A DNA stretch of 64,000 nt from Candidatus Parcubacteria bacterium (GCA_003599295.1 QZJK01000001.1:88-64087); one strand, 5' to 3'; counted from the stretch's first letter, positions 30,138 to 39,486 are shown. A program made the numbers and translations. Notes: generated from the letters alone by a model not told the origin.

Positions 30138-31838
30138 TTATGCGTGAACGGGCCTGCCGAGTGCGGCGCTTGCCCCTTTGTTCCAATTTTGACCGAGCAG
30201 TATCTCAAAGACCCACGCCCAAAATCCTGTACCTGCATGTTCTTTTCTCTCGGTCTCGGCCATGCCGCCAAGTATACGGTCTTGTGCGGCGATATCGTTT
30301 TGCGGCCAGTCTCGCTCTCGCATGCGCGCACGCACCCGCTCCTCAACTGATTTCGGCGAGAAACGCTCCTTGCTCAACTTCTGCGCTTCCTCGTAAGAAT
30401 GCGGACCTCCTTCGCCGGACGCCTTTTGATTCTTGTTTGAAAGCACCTCTCGCGCGATACGCGTTCTCATTTCGGGATTGGAAATTGTCGGTTGGAGGAA
30501 TTCGGCGATGTCCTGCAGCGTTCCATCGATGCGGTTCATGACCCAGGAGCGCGGGTCGCGTACATCAAGCCGCGTTGGCATGGCTGATTCCATTTCACGC
30601 ATTGCCATCAGTGCAGCATTTCTCGAAGACCCGACAAAAGGGATTTTAGTAATTCGTTCAGCTCGATCAATCGCACGCCTGAACGTTCCAGCTCGTTCGT
30701 GAATATATGCAGTCAGTTGGTCTTTGCTGGCTTGCCGCTCATTCGCATTCGAGACGTTTACCATAACGGTCAGATCCTTTCGCGAAAGACCCAGCCGATC
30801 ACTAATCGCCTTGATGTCTTCATCGGCGCGTTTATATCTCAATGTGCCTCGATCTTTTTCCATGTCTGCCATCGCGCCCCACATCTTCATGATGTCGTCC
30901 GGCTTCTCCATCGCTTGATGCAATATTGCCTGATGCACCATCTCTGTCGCCCTATCGCCTTCGTGCGTAAGCAAGTTCAAAAAATCTTTATTCCGACGTG
31001 CTAAAAGCTCCACCTCCTGGGGCGTCATGCGCTTATTGATATCTTCGGCGAATCTCAAGCGCAGAGAATATTCATGCGCCGCATACGTCATGAAATCCAT
31101 GTCCTCTTTCGTCGGAGCGCCGTTGATATACCGCTCGAGAGCTCCGTCGGCATCTTTTGAATTGATGGCTCGCAGCGCTTCTCCGAAAAGCTGCGAATCG
31201 CGACTGTCCGCGAGAATGTCTCGGATGGGCTTTATCGGAATTCCCGCATACCGTCGGTCCCGTATCTCATAGGCACCCGGCCGCGGCCCGCCCGACATTA
31301 TGCGTCCCGCGTCGAGCCGTCCATCGCGAGAATGTTCCGGTGTAGGCGGCTCCGGCGATTGCACGCTGGGACCATCGCCCTGCCCATCGGCGGCGGCCGC
31401 AATGTATGCGCGATTAAATCGGAGCGGATTATTTTGCTGTTCGGGACTTGCTGGCGACGCAAGCGGTGTTGTTGGGGTAGGTTCTGTTGTCGTGGATGTT
31501 TGGTCATTTCCTCGCAGAGGTGAAGCTGGTGTTCCGTCAGCATCTAACATCCTTAATCTATATCTAACGGGTCCGCGCGGAGCGCCCCCGAGCATTTGAT
31601 GCGCGACCTCATCCTCTTCCGGCGTTCCGGGAACAAGTTGACGCTCGCTTCCGTCGGGATTGAACAGCACGACACCTTCGTCGCGTGATTGATATTCAAC
31701 TTCTTGAGGTGTTTCCGGCGATGCTTCGCCAGACTCTTCTTGTTGAACAGGGATCCGATTGCCGGGTGCGCTTGCTTCCTCGTCTTCTTCTCTGATGCGT
31801 ACGGTCTGTGAACGATTCAAGCCATCCTCCAAATTCAT
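30138..31838 (-). CDS. Hypothetical protein (566 aa) with about 200-aa disordered acidic/Pro-rich N-terminus and helical C-terminal region
   Basis: Long ORF, no TM or signal peptide, no recognisable catalytic motifs. Confidence 0.6.
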   Translation of the reverse strand: MNLEDGLNRSQTVRIREEDEEASAPGNRIPVQQEESGEASPETPQEVEYQSRDEGVVLFNPDGSERQLVPGTPEEDEVAHQMLGGAPRGPVRYRLRMLDADGTPASPLRGNDQTSTTTEPTPTTPLASPASPEQQNNPLRFNRAYIAAAADGQGDGPSVQSPEPPTPEHSRDGRLDAGRIMSGGPRPGAYEIRDRRYAGIPIKPIRDILADSRDSQLFGEALRAINSKDADGALERYINGAPTKEDMDFMTYAAHEYSLRLRFAEDINKRMTPQEVELLARRNKDFLNLLTHEGDRATEMVHQAILHQAMEKPDDIMKMWGAMADMEKDRGTLRYKRADEDIKAISDRLGLSRKDLTVMVNVSNANERQASKDQLTAYIHERAGTFRRAIDRAERITKIPFVGSSRNAALMAMREMESAMPTRLDVRDPRSWVMNRIDGTLQDIAEFLQPTISNPEMRTRIAREVLSNKNQKASGEGGPHSYEEAQKLSKERFSPKSVEERVRARMRERDWPQNDIAAQDRILGGMAETERKEHAGTGFWAWVFEILLGQNWNKGASAALGRPVHA

Positions 31839-31852
31839 AGCAAAATGGTAGC

Positions 31853-31894
31853 ATGAAAAAGAAATCGGAGCGGGTGGACTAGGTCCTCCCGCTC
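31853..31894 (-). terminator. Intrinsic terminator/attenuator between the 269-aa and 566-aa genes
   Basis: GGAGCGGG-aggacctagtcca-CCCGCTCC followed by GATTTCTTTTTC on the minus strand. Confidence 0.5.
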
Positions 31895-31922
31895 CGTTGC
31901 CGCAGCATAGCGCTTTGGCGAA

Positions 31923-32732
31923 TCAAACCGCGTGTTGAGGCGTTGATGACGCCTCAGCAGGTTTCGCGGCACGTAGATCGGACCGAAGTTTCTTGTAATT
32001 GTCCTCCAGCCGATCGAAGAACGAGCCGTAGTTCTTGGCGTCGACGCGACGCAAGACATCCCTCTGGGCAACGAGCCGCGTCAGCTTCCCGTTGACTTCG
32101 CGAATCAGGAGCACTGCGCCGATCGGCATCTTCCAGAGAACGTAGGATGACGCCGGGCAACCAAGCAGAGGGATATTGCGACCCACTGCTTTTGCTCCCA
32201 GTCGCTCCGCTTCGACCTTGCCCATGCTGAAAGTCGGATCGGTGAGAGCGTGCCGCAGTTCGGCTTCGTTCTCGGCCATCGCAACCCTGACTGAGGCATT
32301 GTCGAAGGAATACGAACCGTGGGTGACGAGTTCGCCATGCTTCTGAATTTCCAGCCGGTCGTTCGCCGTACTGCCGTTCACCGCCATGAGGCCCGTACGG
32401 ACAAGCACGTAGTAGGCTTGCTCGTCGCGGTGCGACACAATGAACGATTTCTTCAGGTCACCTTCTTCCACCTGAATGATAGACCCCGAGACGATCTTTT
32501 CGCCGCGCGTACCGTCGGCGGCAAATTTCGGGAAGTCCTCCAGTCCAGGCGGAATGATACGCGCCCATTTCACGGGCTTCTCGTTCTTGGCCCGCAACTG
32601 GGGACCAACGACAAGGGAAGGAACAACCCCCGCCCGATTCCCATAAGGATCGGGTACTTCGCTGGCACGAATGCCGTTGAAGAGAGCGTCGTTACGCCCG
32701 AGGAAAAAGTGGAAGTTCGTCTGTTCAACCAT
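31923..32732 (-). CDS. Hypothetical protein (269 aa)
   Basis: ORF with GGAG 8 nt upstream and a consensus promoter further upstream; no recognisable domain. Confidence 0.55.
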   Translation of the reverse strand: MVEQTNFHFFLGRNDALFNGIRASEVPDPYGNRAGVVPSLVVGPQLRAKNEKPVKWARIIPPGLEDFPKFAADGTRGEKIVSGSIIQVEEGDLKKSFIVSHRDEQAYYVLVRTGLMAVNGSTANDRLEIQKHGELVTHGSYSFDNASVRVAMAENEAELRHALTDPTFSMGKVEAERLGAKAVGRNIPLLGCPASSYVLWKMPIGAVLLIREVNGKLTRLVAQRDVLRRVDAKNYGSFFDRLEDNYKKLRSDLRAAKPAEASSTPQHAV

Positions 32733-32785
32733 TTTTCAGCTCCAGGTTGGGAGATAAGCCTCTGTGAGGCCAGAGCTACGGTATG

Positions 32786-32813
32786 CTCTAAGGAAATTAT
32801 ATCATGCAAAAGG
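32786..32813 (-). promoter_or_regulatory. Consensus sigma70 promoter (TTGACA-N16-TATAAT) for the 269-aa gene / putative operon
   Basis: Minus strand reads TTGACAATCTCCTTTTGCATGATATAAT. Confidence 0.6.
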
Positions 32814-32840
32814 AGATTGTCAAATTAGGCCTACGTTGAG

Positions 32841-32881
32841 CCAAAAAATCGTTCGGCGGCAGACACGCGCGTCTGCCGCCG
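32841..32881 (-). terminator. Strong intrinsic terminator after the membrane protein gene 32898-33431
   Basis: Perfect 11-bp stem CGGCGGCAGAC-acgcgc-GTCTGCCGCCG followed by TTTTTT on the minus strand. Confidence 0.7.
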
Positions 32882-32897
32882 ATTGAGAAACGCGCCG

Positions 32898-33431
32898 TTA
32901 TGCGCCCAAGCGACGCTCCGTCCGCTCTCCTCTCGGGGCCGATTTCAGCAGCTCCATGATGAGTCCGTAGAAGATGCGGTTCGAGAGGAGTATCGCGAGC
33001 CACGTGTGCGCCAGGATCACCCATTCGACAATGCCATACCGTATCGGGCTTCCCGCCGGCTCGTCGCGGAAGTAGACGAGCGCGACGAGCCAAACGACGA
33101 TGGCAAGAATGGCGCCGAAGTACGGGAGCTGCCCGGTCCTGATCTGCGCACGCGCCTGTGGAGCATCGATCGAGCCTCGTCCTTCCATCTGCCCTGTCAG
33201 CTCGCGGCCCTCGAGAAGCATGTAGAACGGGAACAGGCCGAACCAGATCGCGGCGATGATCCACTTGGTGCTGTCCGCGAAGCCGCTCCATCCGAGGAGC
33301 GGGACGGCGACCAGGATGATGAGCGCGTAGCCGGGTGCGTTCCAGCGTTCGGCCCATATGAACCTCGGCCTCCCATCTGGACCCGGTTGCCACAGTTTCC
33401 AACTCATGTCTTCCTCCTGCGTGACCGGCAA
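32898..33431 (-). CDS. Hypothetical membrane protein (177 aa, about 4 TM)
   Basis: Hydrophobic helices (ALIILVAVPLLGW, IIAAIWFGLFPFYML, AILAIVVWLVALVYF, WVILAHTWLAILL). Confidence 0.5.
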   Translation of the reverse strand: MPVTQEEDMSWKLWQPGPDGRPRFIWAERWNAPGYALIILVAVPLLGWSGFADSTKWIIAAIWFGLFPFYMLLEGRELTGQMEGRGSIDAPQARAQIRTGQLPYFGAILAIVVWLVALVYFRDEPAGSPIRYGIVEWVILAHTWLAILLSNRIFYGLIMELLKSAPRGERTERRLGA

Positions 33432-33564
33432 AATTGCCGAATAATCCTGAACCCGAAACAGCTCGGGACTAAATGCAGTAATGCATTAAAAAGTGGCGCG
33501 TGTCAAAGTGAGATAAAAGACGCCCCCGCGGCACTTAAGGTGCGCCGCGGGGTAATTGTGTTCG

Positions 33565-33987
33565 TCAGACCTCGACGTTCCGCCGCCGTGGAAACAGGAA
33601 GTGGCGGCAGAAGAGCCAGAAGTGCCGATCCCAAGTATCGTGGCCGTGGCGGCAGACCCGGACACGGAGTCTCCTCCGTGCCCATCCGACGATGAGCAAC
33701 GGAAGACCGATCTCGCCGATAACCATCCACCGCTCCACGTTGAAGAAGCGAAGGAACACCTCGACCTTGCCGCCGACGACGGGAATGTCCCGGAGAAGGC
33801 GGAGAATCTCAAGGTTGAAGTCGAACCAGCCGAGAAGCACTTCCTCGCCGCCCGTGAAGAAAATGGCGGCAAGGATCGCGATGGCAATGAGCCACCGGAG
33901 CCTGACGATAATTGTCCAAATCACCGGACCCGTTTCGTCAGCCACAATTGCAGTTCCAGTCTTCAGGTAGTGCCGAATGCGCTGCAT
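33565..33987 (-). CDS. Hypothetical membrane protein
   Basis: Start MQRIRHY with GAGGAG SD; TM helices; basic C-terminus. Confidence 0.45.
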   Translation of the reverse strand: MQRIRHYLKTGTAIVADETGPVIWTIIVRLRWLIAIAILAAIFFTGGEEVLLGWFDFNLEILRLLRDIPVVGGKVEVFLRFFNVERWMVIGEIGLPLLIVGWARRRLRVRVCRHGHDTWDRHFWLFCRHFLFPRRRNVEV

Positions 33988-34004
33988 CTTTTCTTCTCCT
34001 CGAT

Positions 34005-34346
34005 TCAGCGAAGTGGAAAGCAGACGTCGCCCCACGTGTAGTTGAGGCAACGGCCGACTGGGTGCGGGTCAATGACGATGATTTGTCCGCGGGGAATGAG
34101 ATGCGGTACGAGGACGCCGCGGGGCGGCGCGAACGGCGCCGCATGCCGAGGCGCGTGATGAGCACGAGACACACCACAACGGTTCAACGCTGCAAGGTTC
34201 CCGATTCGCCCCCGCCACTCCTCGTAGCAGAGCCGCACAAGAGGCGGCCAGCAGCCTTCGCCGAGAGCGCCGCCGCAATACGGGGACTGAGCCTGCGCCG
34301 CCGAAGAAACGACGAGCGCAAGTAGAATTGAAAGGAACATTCTCAT
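34005..34346 (-). CDS. Hypothetical small secreted Cys-rich protein
   Basis: Signal peptide MRMFLSILLALVVSSAAQAQ; six Cys. Confidence 0.45.
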   Translation of the reverse strand: MRMFLSILLALVVSSAAQAQSPYCGGALGEGCWPPLVRLCYEEWRGRIGNLAALNRCGVSRAHHAPRHAAPFAPPRGVLVPHLIPRGQIIVIDPHPVGRCLNYTWGDVCFPLR

Positions 34347-34453
34347 CGCTTTCCTCCGCGATGTGGCTCCGACGAACGCCCGAAATGGACGTCATGTGAG
34401 CCCGCACAGAACCTTCGCAAGAAGGTTCTGTGCGGGCATACACGAATGACTAA

Positions 34454-35125
34454 TTAAAGAACCCCTACGAACTCCGCGTCCAGGATCCAGCGGCTGTCTT
34501 TTGAGGTAAGCGTGTCGCAGGTGACGAGCGTAAGACGCGTGCCGTTCTTCGTCGAGAGGTCGATTATCTCGTCGTTCGCGTTTCCGCGGCGAACGGACTT
34601 CACGATATAAAGATACGACTTGCCATCTCCCATGATGGTTATCATGTCGCCGGGTGATAGCTCTGGTACGCGATTGAATGCACGGTACATCTGATTACGC
34701 ACGACCGGAAGATTTGACGTGTGCGCAAATATTAAGACATTGCCTTTCTCACCGGCTTTCGCCGAATCCACGTACCGTACCGGGCCGCTCTTTAGATATC
34801 CATCGAGCGTCTCAATGTCGCGCGTCGCGGGATTTGAGACGGGAAGATCAAGGTCGATCGAAGGAATGACGATGCGCTCAGGAAGTGCCGTAGGCACTGC
34901 CGGCTCATTTTCTGCGATGGTGGATTCGCTTCCGAGCTCCGGGAGATTTGAAAGCGCGACGCGCTCATCGCGAGATGGCGACCCGTCAATGTAGTACGGA
35001 ACGAATCCGACTGAATCGGCCGCAGAGAGGGTGAGGAAGAACATCACAATAGACGCAGCGAAAAAAACCCGCTTCGGAGGTTTCGCGTGATTTCGGATGT
35101 TTGAATTGTTGAAATTCGGCTCCAT
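34454..35125 (-). CDS. Sortase family transpeptidase
   Basis: N-terminal TM anchor; catalytic triad context NVLIFAHTS (His), TRLTLVTCD (Cys, TLXTC), SRWILDAEF (Arg). Confidence 0.85.
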   Translation of the reverse strand: MEPNFNNSNIRNHAKPPKRVFFAASIVMFFLTLSAADSVGFVPYYIDGSPSRDERVALSNLPELGSESTIAENEPAVPTALPERIVIPSIDLDLPVSNPATRDIETLDGYLKSGPVRYVDSAKAGEKGNVLIFAHTSNLPVVRNQMYRAFNRVPELSPGDMITIMGDGKSYLYIVKSVRRGNANDEIIDLSTKNGTRLTLVTCDTLTSKDSRWILDAEFVGVL

Positions 35126-35137
35126 ATCCAGGTGAAA

Positions 35138-35166
35138 ATAGTACCGTATTTAGCCGTCCTTGTCAA
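35138..35166 (-). promoter_or_regulatory. Sortase promoter TTGACA-N17-TACTAT, 12 nt before the ATG
   Basis: Minus strand reads TTGACAAGGACGGCTAAATACGGTACTATTTTCACCTGGATATG; no SD. Confidence 0.5.
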
Positions 35167-35209
35167 ATGCACTGTCTCCGGAGTCCAAAAGATGGTTTTC
35201 GAGCGCTCC

Positions 35210-35238
35210 TTGACAAGTGCCTTATATCCATGTATCGT
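35210..35238 (+). promoter_or_regulatory. Promoter TTGACA-N17-TATCGT for the CARDB-domain protein, 12 nt before the ATG
   Basis: CTTGACAAGTGCCTTATATCCATGTATCGTGCCGGAATTCTTATG; divergent from the sortase promoter. Confidence 0.45.
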
Positions 35239-35250
35239 GCCGGAATTCTT

Positions 35251-36324
35251 ATGGCAGAAAACACACAGGCGCCAGGACGGCCGTTTACCATCCCTCCCCC
35301 GCCTGAAGACACACGCACCAGTCTCATCTCGAACGTTCTCGCGGTCGCGGGGTTCATCGTCGTTATTATCGTCGTCATTTGGGGGCTCGTGAACCTCGCG
35401 AGCATCTCGCGCGGATGGTTCGGTTCCTTCTTCGGAGGCTCTTCGCAGGAAGAGACCATCGAGATAGCGGCTCCGGAAAACGCGGATTCAGGTGAAGTAT
35501 TCCGCATCACGTGGGAACACGAACCGTCTTCGACGGGTTCATATGCGTTCCTCTATCAGTGCGTAAGCGGTCTAGAGTTCCGCACGCCCACCCCGATGGG
35601 AACGCTCGGAGCTATCCCCTGCGGAGCTGCGTACACCGTTCCTTCCGACAGCGCGCTCACACTGACCGGTCTGCTTTCGGGAACATCTTCGGCTTCGGTC
35701 CCGCTTTCGATTATTTTCTTGCCGAGTGCGACAGGAACACGAGCGGAAGGAAGCGCTTCCATGACCATCAACAGAGGGGCTGCCATTCCTACGCCGACTC
35801 CTACTCCGACGCCCACGCCGACTCCTACTCCGACGCCCACGCCGACTCCTCAACCGACCCCAACCCCGGCACCGCGTCCTGCGACTCCGGCTGACCTTTC
35901 CGTCTACATTATGTCAGTGATACCCGATGCGGCAGGAATAACGACCGTCACGTTCTCGATTGCGAATAACGGCGGCACATCAAGCGGCACGTATTACTTC
36001 ACCGCCGAGCTCCCGACGACCCAAGCGTACACATATGCGTCGCCCGCGCAGGCATCGCTCGCGCCTGGCTCTTCAATCGTCAACACACTTCGCTTCACGC
36101 AGACGCGCCAAGGCGGCGGTACGTTCTCCGTCTCCGTTGATCCTTCGAACATCGTCCGCGAATCGAACGAGATAAACAACTACGCAAGCCAATTCATCAA
36201 CACGAATGTATACAATCCGTACCCGTACAATTACAACAATCAAAACCCATACAACAACCAATACCCGTACCCGAATCAGTACCAGCAGTATCCGTACTCG
36301 CAGTACTACCCGTACGCGTACTAA
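35251..36324 (+). CDS. Membrane-anchored cell-surface protein with (TP)n linker and CARDB-like domain; Tyr/Asn/Pro-rich C-terminus
   Basis: N-terminal TM ISNVLAVAGFIVVIIVVIWGL; TPTPTPTPTPTPT linker; CARDB-like features (LSVYIMSV..., VSVDPSNIVRESNEINN). Confidence 0.7.
   Translation: MAENTQAPGRPFTIPPPPEDTRTSLISNVLAVAGFIVVIIVVIWGLVNLASISRGWFGSFFGGSSQEETIEIAAPENADSGEVFRITWEHEPSSTGSYAFLYQCVSGLEFRTPTPMGTLGAIPCGAAYTVPSDSALTLTGLLSGTSSASVPLSIIFLPSATGTRAEGSASMTINRGAAIPTPTPTPTPTPTPTPTPTPTPQPTPTPAPRPATPADLSVYIMSVIPDAAGITTVTFSIANNGGTSSGTYYFTAELPTTQAYTYASPAQASLAPGSSIVNTLRFTQTRQGGGTFSVSVDPSNIVRESNEINNYASQFINTNVYNPYPYNYNNQNPYNNQYPYPNQYQQYPYSQYYPYAY
35791..35880 (+). repeat. Tandem repeat encoding the Thr-Pro linker
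   Basis: acgccgactcctactccgacgccc unit repeated about 3 times. Confidence 0.8.
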
Positions 36325-36336
36325 AACCGGCTCCTT

Positions 36337-37416
36337 CTAATCGAGGGCTGCCAGTTCATCAGAGACAGGCTGTTTCTTTCTCTCTTCAACGCGGCGAACT
36401 TCATCAATGCCGTGGAAGTATCCTACGCTTAAAGTTCGCTGAAATTCTTGGTCGGGCATAGGGCCCGCTCCCCAAAACACACCTGCCGGAACATACTTGC
36501 CGTTGAGATAGGCATACACCGTCGAACCGGACATACCTTTTGCATGAAGCGGAGATTCATCCTCGGGTTTCAATGCGAGCTTGCCCAGATCGTTTAGATC
36601 TGCCTCACTCTCTCCGGGCGGCAAGATCAACATGAAGGAGTTCTCCATTTGGATAACTTCCTCGGCATTATTCGTCAAACGTCTGGCAAGACCGGGAGAT
36701 ATTTTTATCGCAACGCCGGGATATGTTTTGTGGCCGCGATCGTGTGCCGCAGTCGAAGCCGTATCATCTACATCGACGCCAACCACGGCGACGAATTGGG
36801 CGTGGATGTCGTTATTTGTCATTGAGATATCGTCCTCGACAATACCTGCGCTATCAGAAGTCTCCGCTGTTCCTGACACGTCGACCATATCGATGTCTAT
36901 GTTCTTCACGGGATACGTTATGACTCCTCGCTCAGTTCCATATGTGGCGTGCGCTGCAGTGAGTACCGTTCTCCCATCCCGCCAATACGTACCGTTCCCG
37001 CGACCGTACGGAAAACGCATGCTGTGCACATACTTCTTGTGGAGCTCGGTCGTGTCGTAGGAAGTGTCTTCGAGATGCTCTTGCAAGAGCGGCGCTTCGA
37101 TAGCCCGAAGGACCGTCATGATGGGGTGCTTTCCCTTGCCTTCGAGCGCCTCCAGAACTTCCGGCTCTCGCAGTCTTTTTTGAATTGCTGCAATGGCCGC
37201 ATCAAGCGCCTTTTGTTTTTCGCTCGATTCCTTCTCGAATGAGCCCGCCAGGTCATCTATAAGATCCTGCGGCAATACTCGAACGGCTGCGAACGCTCCG
37301 ACACCGAACAGAAGCGATCTTCGGGTCAGCGAAGGCTCTTCTTGTTTTCGACGTCCCGAAGCCCACCGTGCCCGCTTGTCAGGAACAAAGTCGGGTGATG
37401 GGCCCCTTTCCTTCAT
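36337..37416 (-). CDS. Tat-signal secreted trypsin-like (chymotrypsin-fold) peptidase homolog
   Basis: Twin-arginine motif TRRSLLFGVGAFAAV; TVLTAAHA (His motif) and KGMSGSTV (Ser motif, GDSGG-like); moderate confidence. Confidence 0.5.
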   Translation of the reverse strand: MKERGPSPDFVPDKRARWASGRRKQEEPSLTRRSLLFGVGAFAAVRVLPQDLIDDLAGSFEKESSEKQKALDAAIAAIQKRLREPEVLEALEGKGKHPIMTVLRAIEAPLLQEHLEDTSYDTTELHKKYVHSMRFPYGRGNGTYWRDGRTVLTAAHATYGTERGVITYPVKNIDIDMVDVSGTAETSDSAGIVEDDISMTNNDIHAQFVAVVGVDVDDTASTAAHDRGHKTYPGVAIKISPGLARRLTNNAEEVIQMENSFMLILPPGESEADLNDLGKLALKPEDESPLHAKGMSGSTVYAYLNGKYVPAGVFWGAGPMPDQEFQRTLSVGYFHGIDEVRRVEERKKQPVSDELAALD

Positions 37417-37419
37417 ACG

Positions 37420-39486
37420 CTATATATCGAGCGTCGCTTCTTTCGCGTGCGACTGAATGAACGATTTTCTCGCGGGAACGTCGGTGCCCATGAGCATGTC
37501 AAATATGTTGTCAGCTTCCTGGGCATCTTCGATAGTGACCTGCTTTAAGATGCGGCGCGCCGGGTCCATGGTCGTTTCCCAGAGTTCTTCCGGATTCATT
37601 TCACCCAAACCCTTATAGCGCTGGACGGAAACCTTCGGCGCTTTTTTTGTTTTATCTTCCGCTTCTTCTGGTACCGCTTCTCCTTCTTCGGGTTCGGCCG
37701 CTTCTTCGGCGACCGGCGTCTCTTTCCCGGCGATTTTTACTTTCTCCTCCTCCGTGTATGCATATGCGACCTCTTTCCCTTTTCGTATCTTGTAGAGGGG
37801 CGGCTGGGCGATGTAGAGAAAACCGCCGTCTATAACGGGACGGAAATGCCGATAGAAAAGCGTAAGGAGGAGTGTCCTGATGTGCGCGCCATCCACGTCG
37901 GCATCGGTCGCGATGATGAGCTTGTGGTAGCGCAATTTTGAGATATCGAACACGTCGCCGATGGCCGTACCGAGCGCGACGATAAGATTCTTTATCTGCT
38001 CGGATGCGAGCATTTTATCGAGCCGCGCCCGTTCGATATTGAGTATTTTACCGCGGAGCGGCAACACCGCCTGCGTGCGCCTGTCGCGACCCATCTTGCC
38101 GCTTCCGCCAGCACTGTCACCCTCCACAATGAAGAGTTCCGCTTCTTCAGCCCGCCTGGTCTGGCAATCGGCTAGTTTTCCGGGAAGAGCGAGGCCTTCA
38201 AGAGCACCTTTCCGGAGAATGCTGTCTTTCGCAGCTTTCGCGGCTTTGCGCGCCTTCATTGCGAGCGCGACTTTGCCCATGATGGCGCGCGCATCATCCG
38301 GATTTTCTTCGAGGAACGCGGCGAACGCCTCGCTGAACACGGCTTCAACCGCTCCGCGTGCTTCGACACTGCCAAGTTTAGATTTCGTCTGCCCTTCGAA
38401 CTGGACTTCGCGCATCTTGACCGATATGACGGCCGTGATGCCTTCGAGAACATCGTCTCCCGTAAACGAGTCGCCTTCTTTGCCGCCTCCGTTCTTCGAC
38501 GCCGAGTTCAAGGTGCGCGTGAGCGCGGTTTTGAAGCCGGTGATATGCATGCCGCCTTCGGCGTTATAGATATTGTTCGCAAAGGCAGAGATGCGTGAAG
38601 AGATGTCGTCCACATACTGGAGCGATACTTCGACGGCAACGCCGTCTTGCTCTTTCTCGATGTAAAAAATATTCTTGTGCACCGGCTCCAAGTGTCGGTT
38701 CTGGAACGCGACGAGGCTCCGAAGCCCTCCTTCAAAGTAGAAACTCATCGAGGGCGCGTCAAGGCCAAGCTCGCGAAGATAGTACACGTCTTCGTCATCC
38801 ACTTTCCCGGCCTGTCGGAGGTCTAGAATGCTTATGCGCAAGCCCCGGACGAGGTACGCCTGCTGACGCATATGGCTGACGATGGTCTCCCATTTGAACT
38901 CGCGGTCCGGAAATATCTTCGAATCAGCCTCGAACGTGATGATAGTGCCGTGCATGTCGGAGTTCTCGATCTTTTTCACTTTTCCGACGGGCTTGCCGCC
39001 GTCTTTATATTCCTGAACATACTTTCCATCTTCACGGTGCACCTCCGCACGCACTGCAGTCGAAAGTGCGTTCACGACAGAAACGCCGACGCCGTGAAGT
39101 CCGCCCGATACCTTGTACCCTTCACCGCCAAATTTTCCTCCGGCATGTAATTTCGTCATGACGGTCTCAAGCGCGGAGACTTTCGTTTTCGGGTGAATGT
39201 CTACCGGGATGCCGCGGCCGTTGTCAGCGACGCGCACGCGATTCCCCGGCAGAAGCGCTACCTCGATATCGTTCGCGAAACCGCCCATGGCTTCGTCGCG
39301 CGAGTTGTCGAACACTTCCCACACGAGATGGTGAAGCCCGGCCGTGTCGGTCGTACCGATGTACATGCCGGGCCGGCGGCGCACGGCTTCGAGACCTTCA
39401 AGAACGGTGATGTCTTCCGCGCTGTACGATGAACCCCCCTTTTTGGGGGCCTCTGCGACCGCTTTTTTTGCCTGTTTTTTAGCCAT
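37420..39486 (-). CDS. gyrB: DNA gyrase subunit B
   Basis: GHKL ATPase (GLHGVGVSVVNALS); Toprim EGDSAGGS; C-terminal GyrB tail; 688 aa. Confidence 0.93.
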   Translation of the reverse strand: MAKKQAKKAVAEAPKKGGSSYSAEDITVLEGLEAVRRRPGMYIGTTDTAGLHHLVWEVFDNSRDEAMGGFANDIEVALLPGNRVRVADNGRGIPVDIHPKTKVSALETVMTKLHAGGKFGGEGYKVSGGLHGVGVSVVNALSTAVRAEVHREDGKYVQEYKDGGKPVGKVKKIENSDMHGTIITFEADSKIFPDREFKWETIVSHMRQQAYLVRGLRISILDLRQAGKVDDEDVYYLRELGLDAPSMSFYFEGGLRSLVAFQNRHLEPVHKNIFYIEKEQDGVAVEVSLQYVDDISSRISAFANNIYNAEGGMHITGFKTALTRTLNSASKNGGGKEGDSFTGDDVLEGITAVISVKMREVQFEGQTKSKLGSVEARGAVEAVFSEAFAAFLEENPDDARAIMGKVALAMKARKAAKAAKDSILRKGALEGLALPGKLADCQTRRAEEAELFIVEGDSAGGSGKMGRDRRTQAVLPLRGKILNIERARLDKMLASEQIKNLIVALGTAIGDVFDISKLRYHKLIIATDADVDGAHIRTLLLTLFYRHFRPVIDGGFLYIAQPPLYKIRKGKEVAYAYTEEEKVKIAGKETPVAEEAAEPEEGEAVPEEAEDKTKKAPKVSVQRYKGLGEMNPEELWETTMDPARRILKQVTIEDAQEADNIFDMLMGTDVPARKSFIQSHAKEATLDI

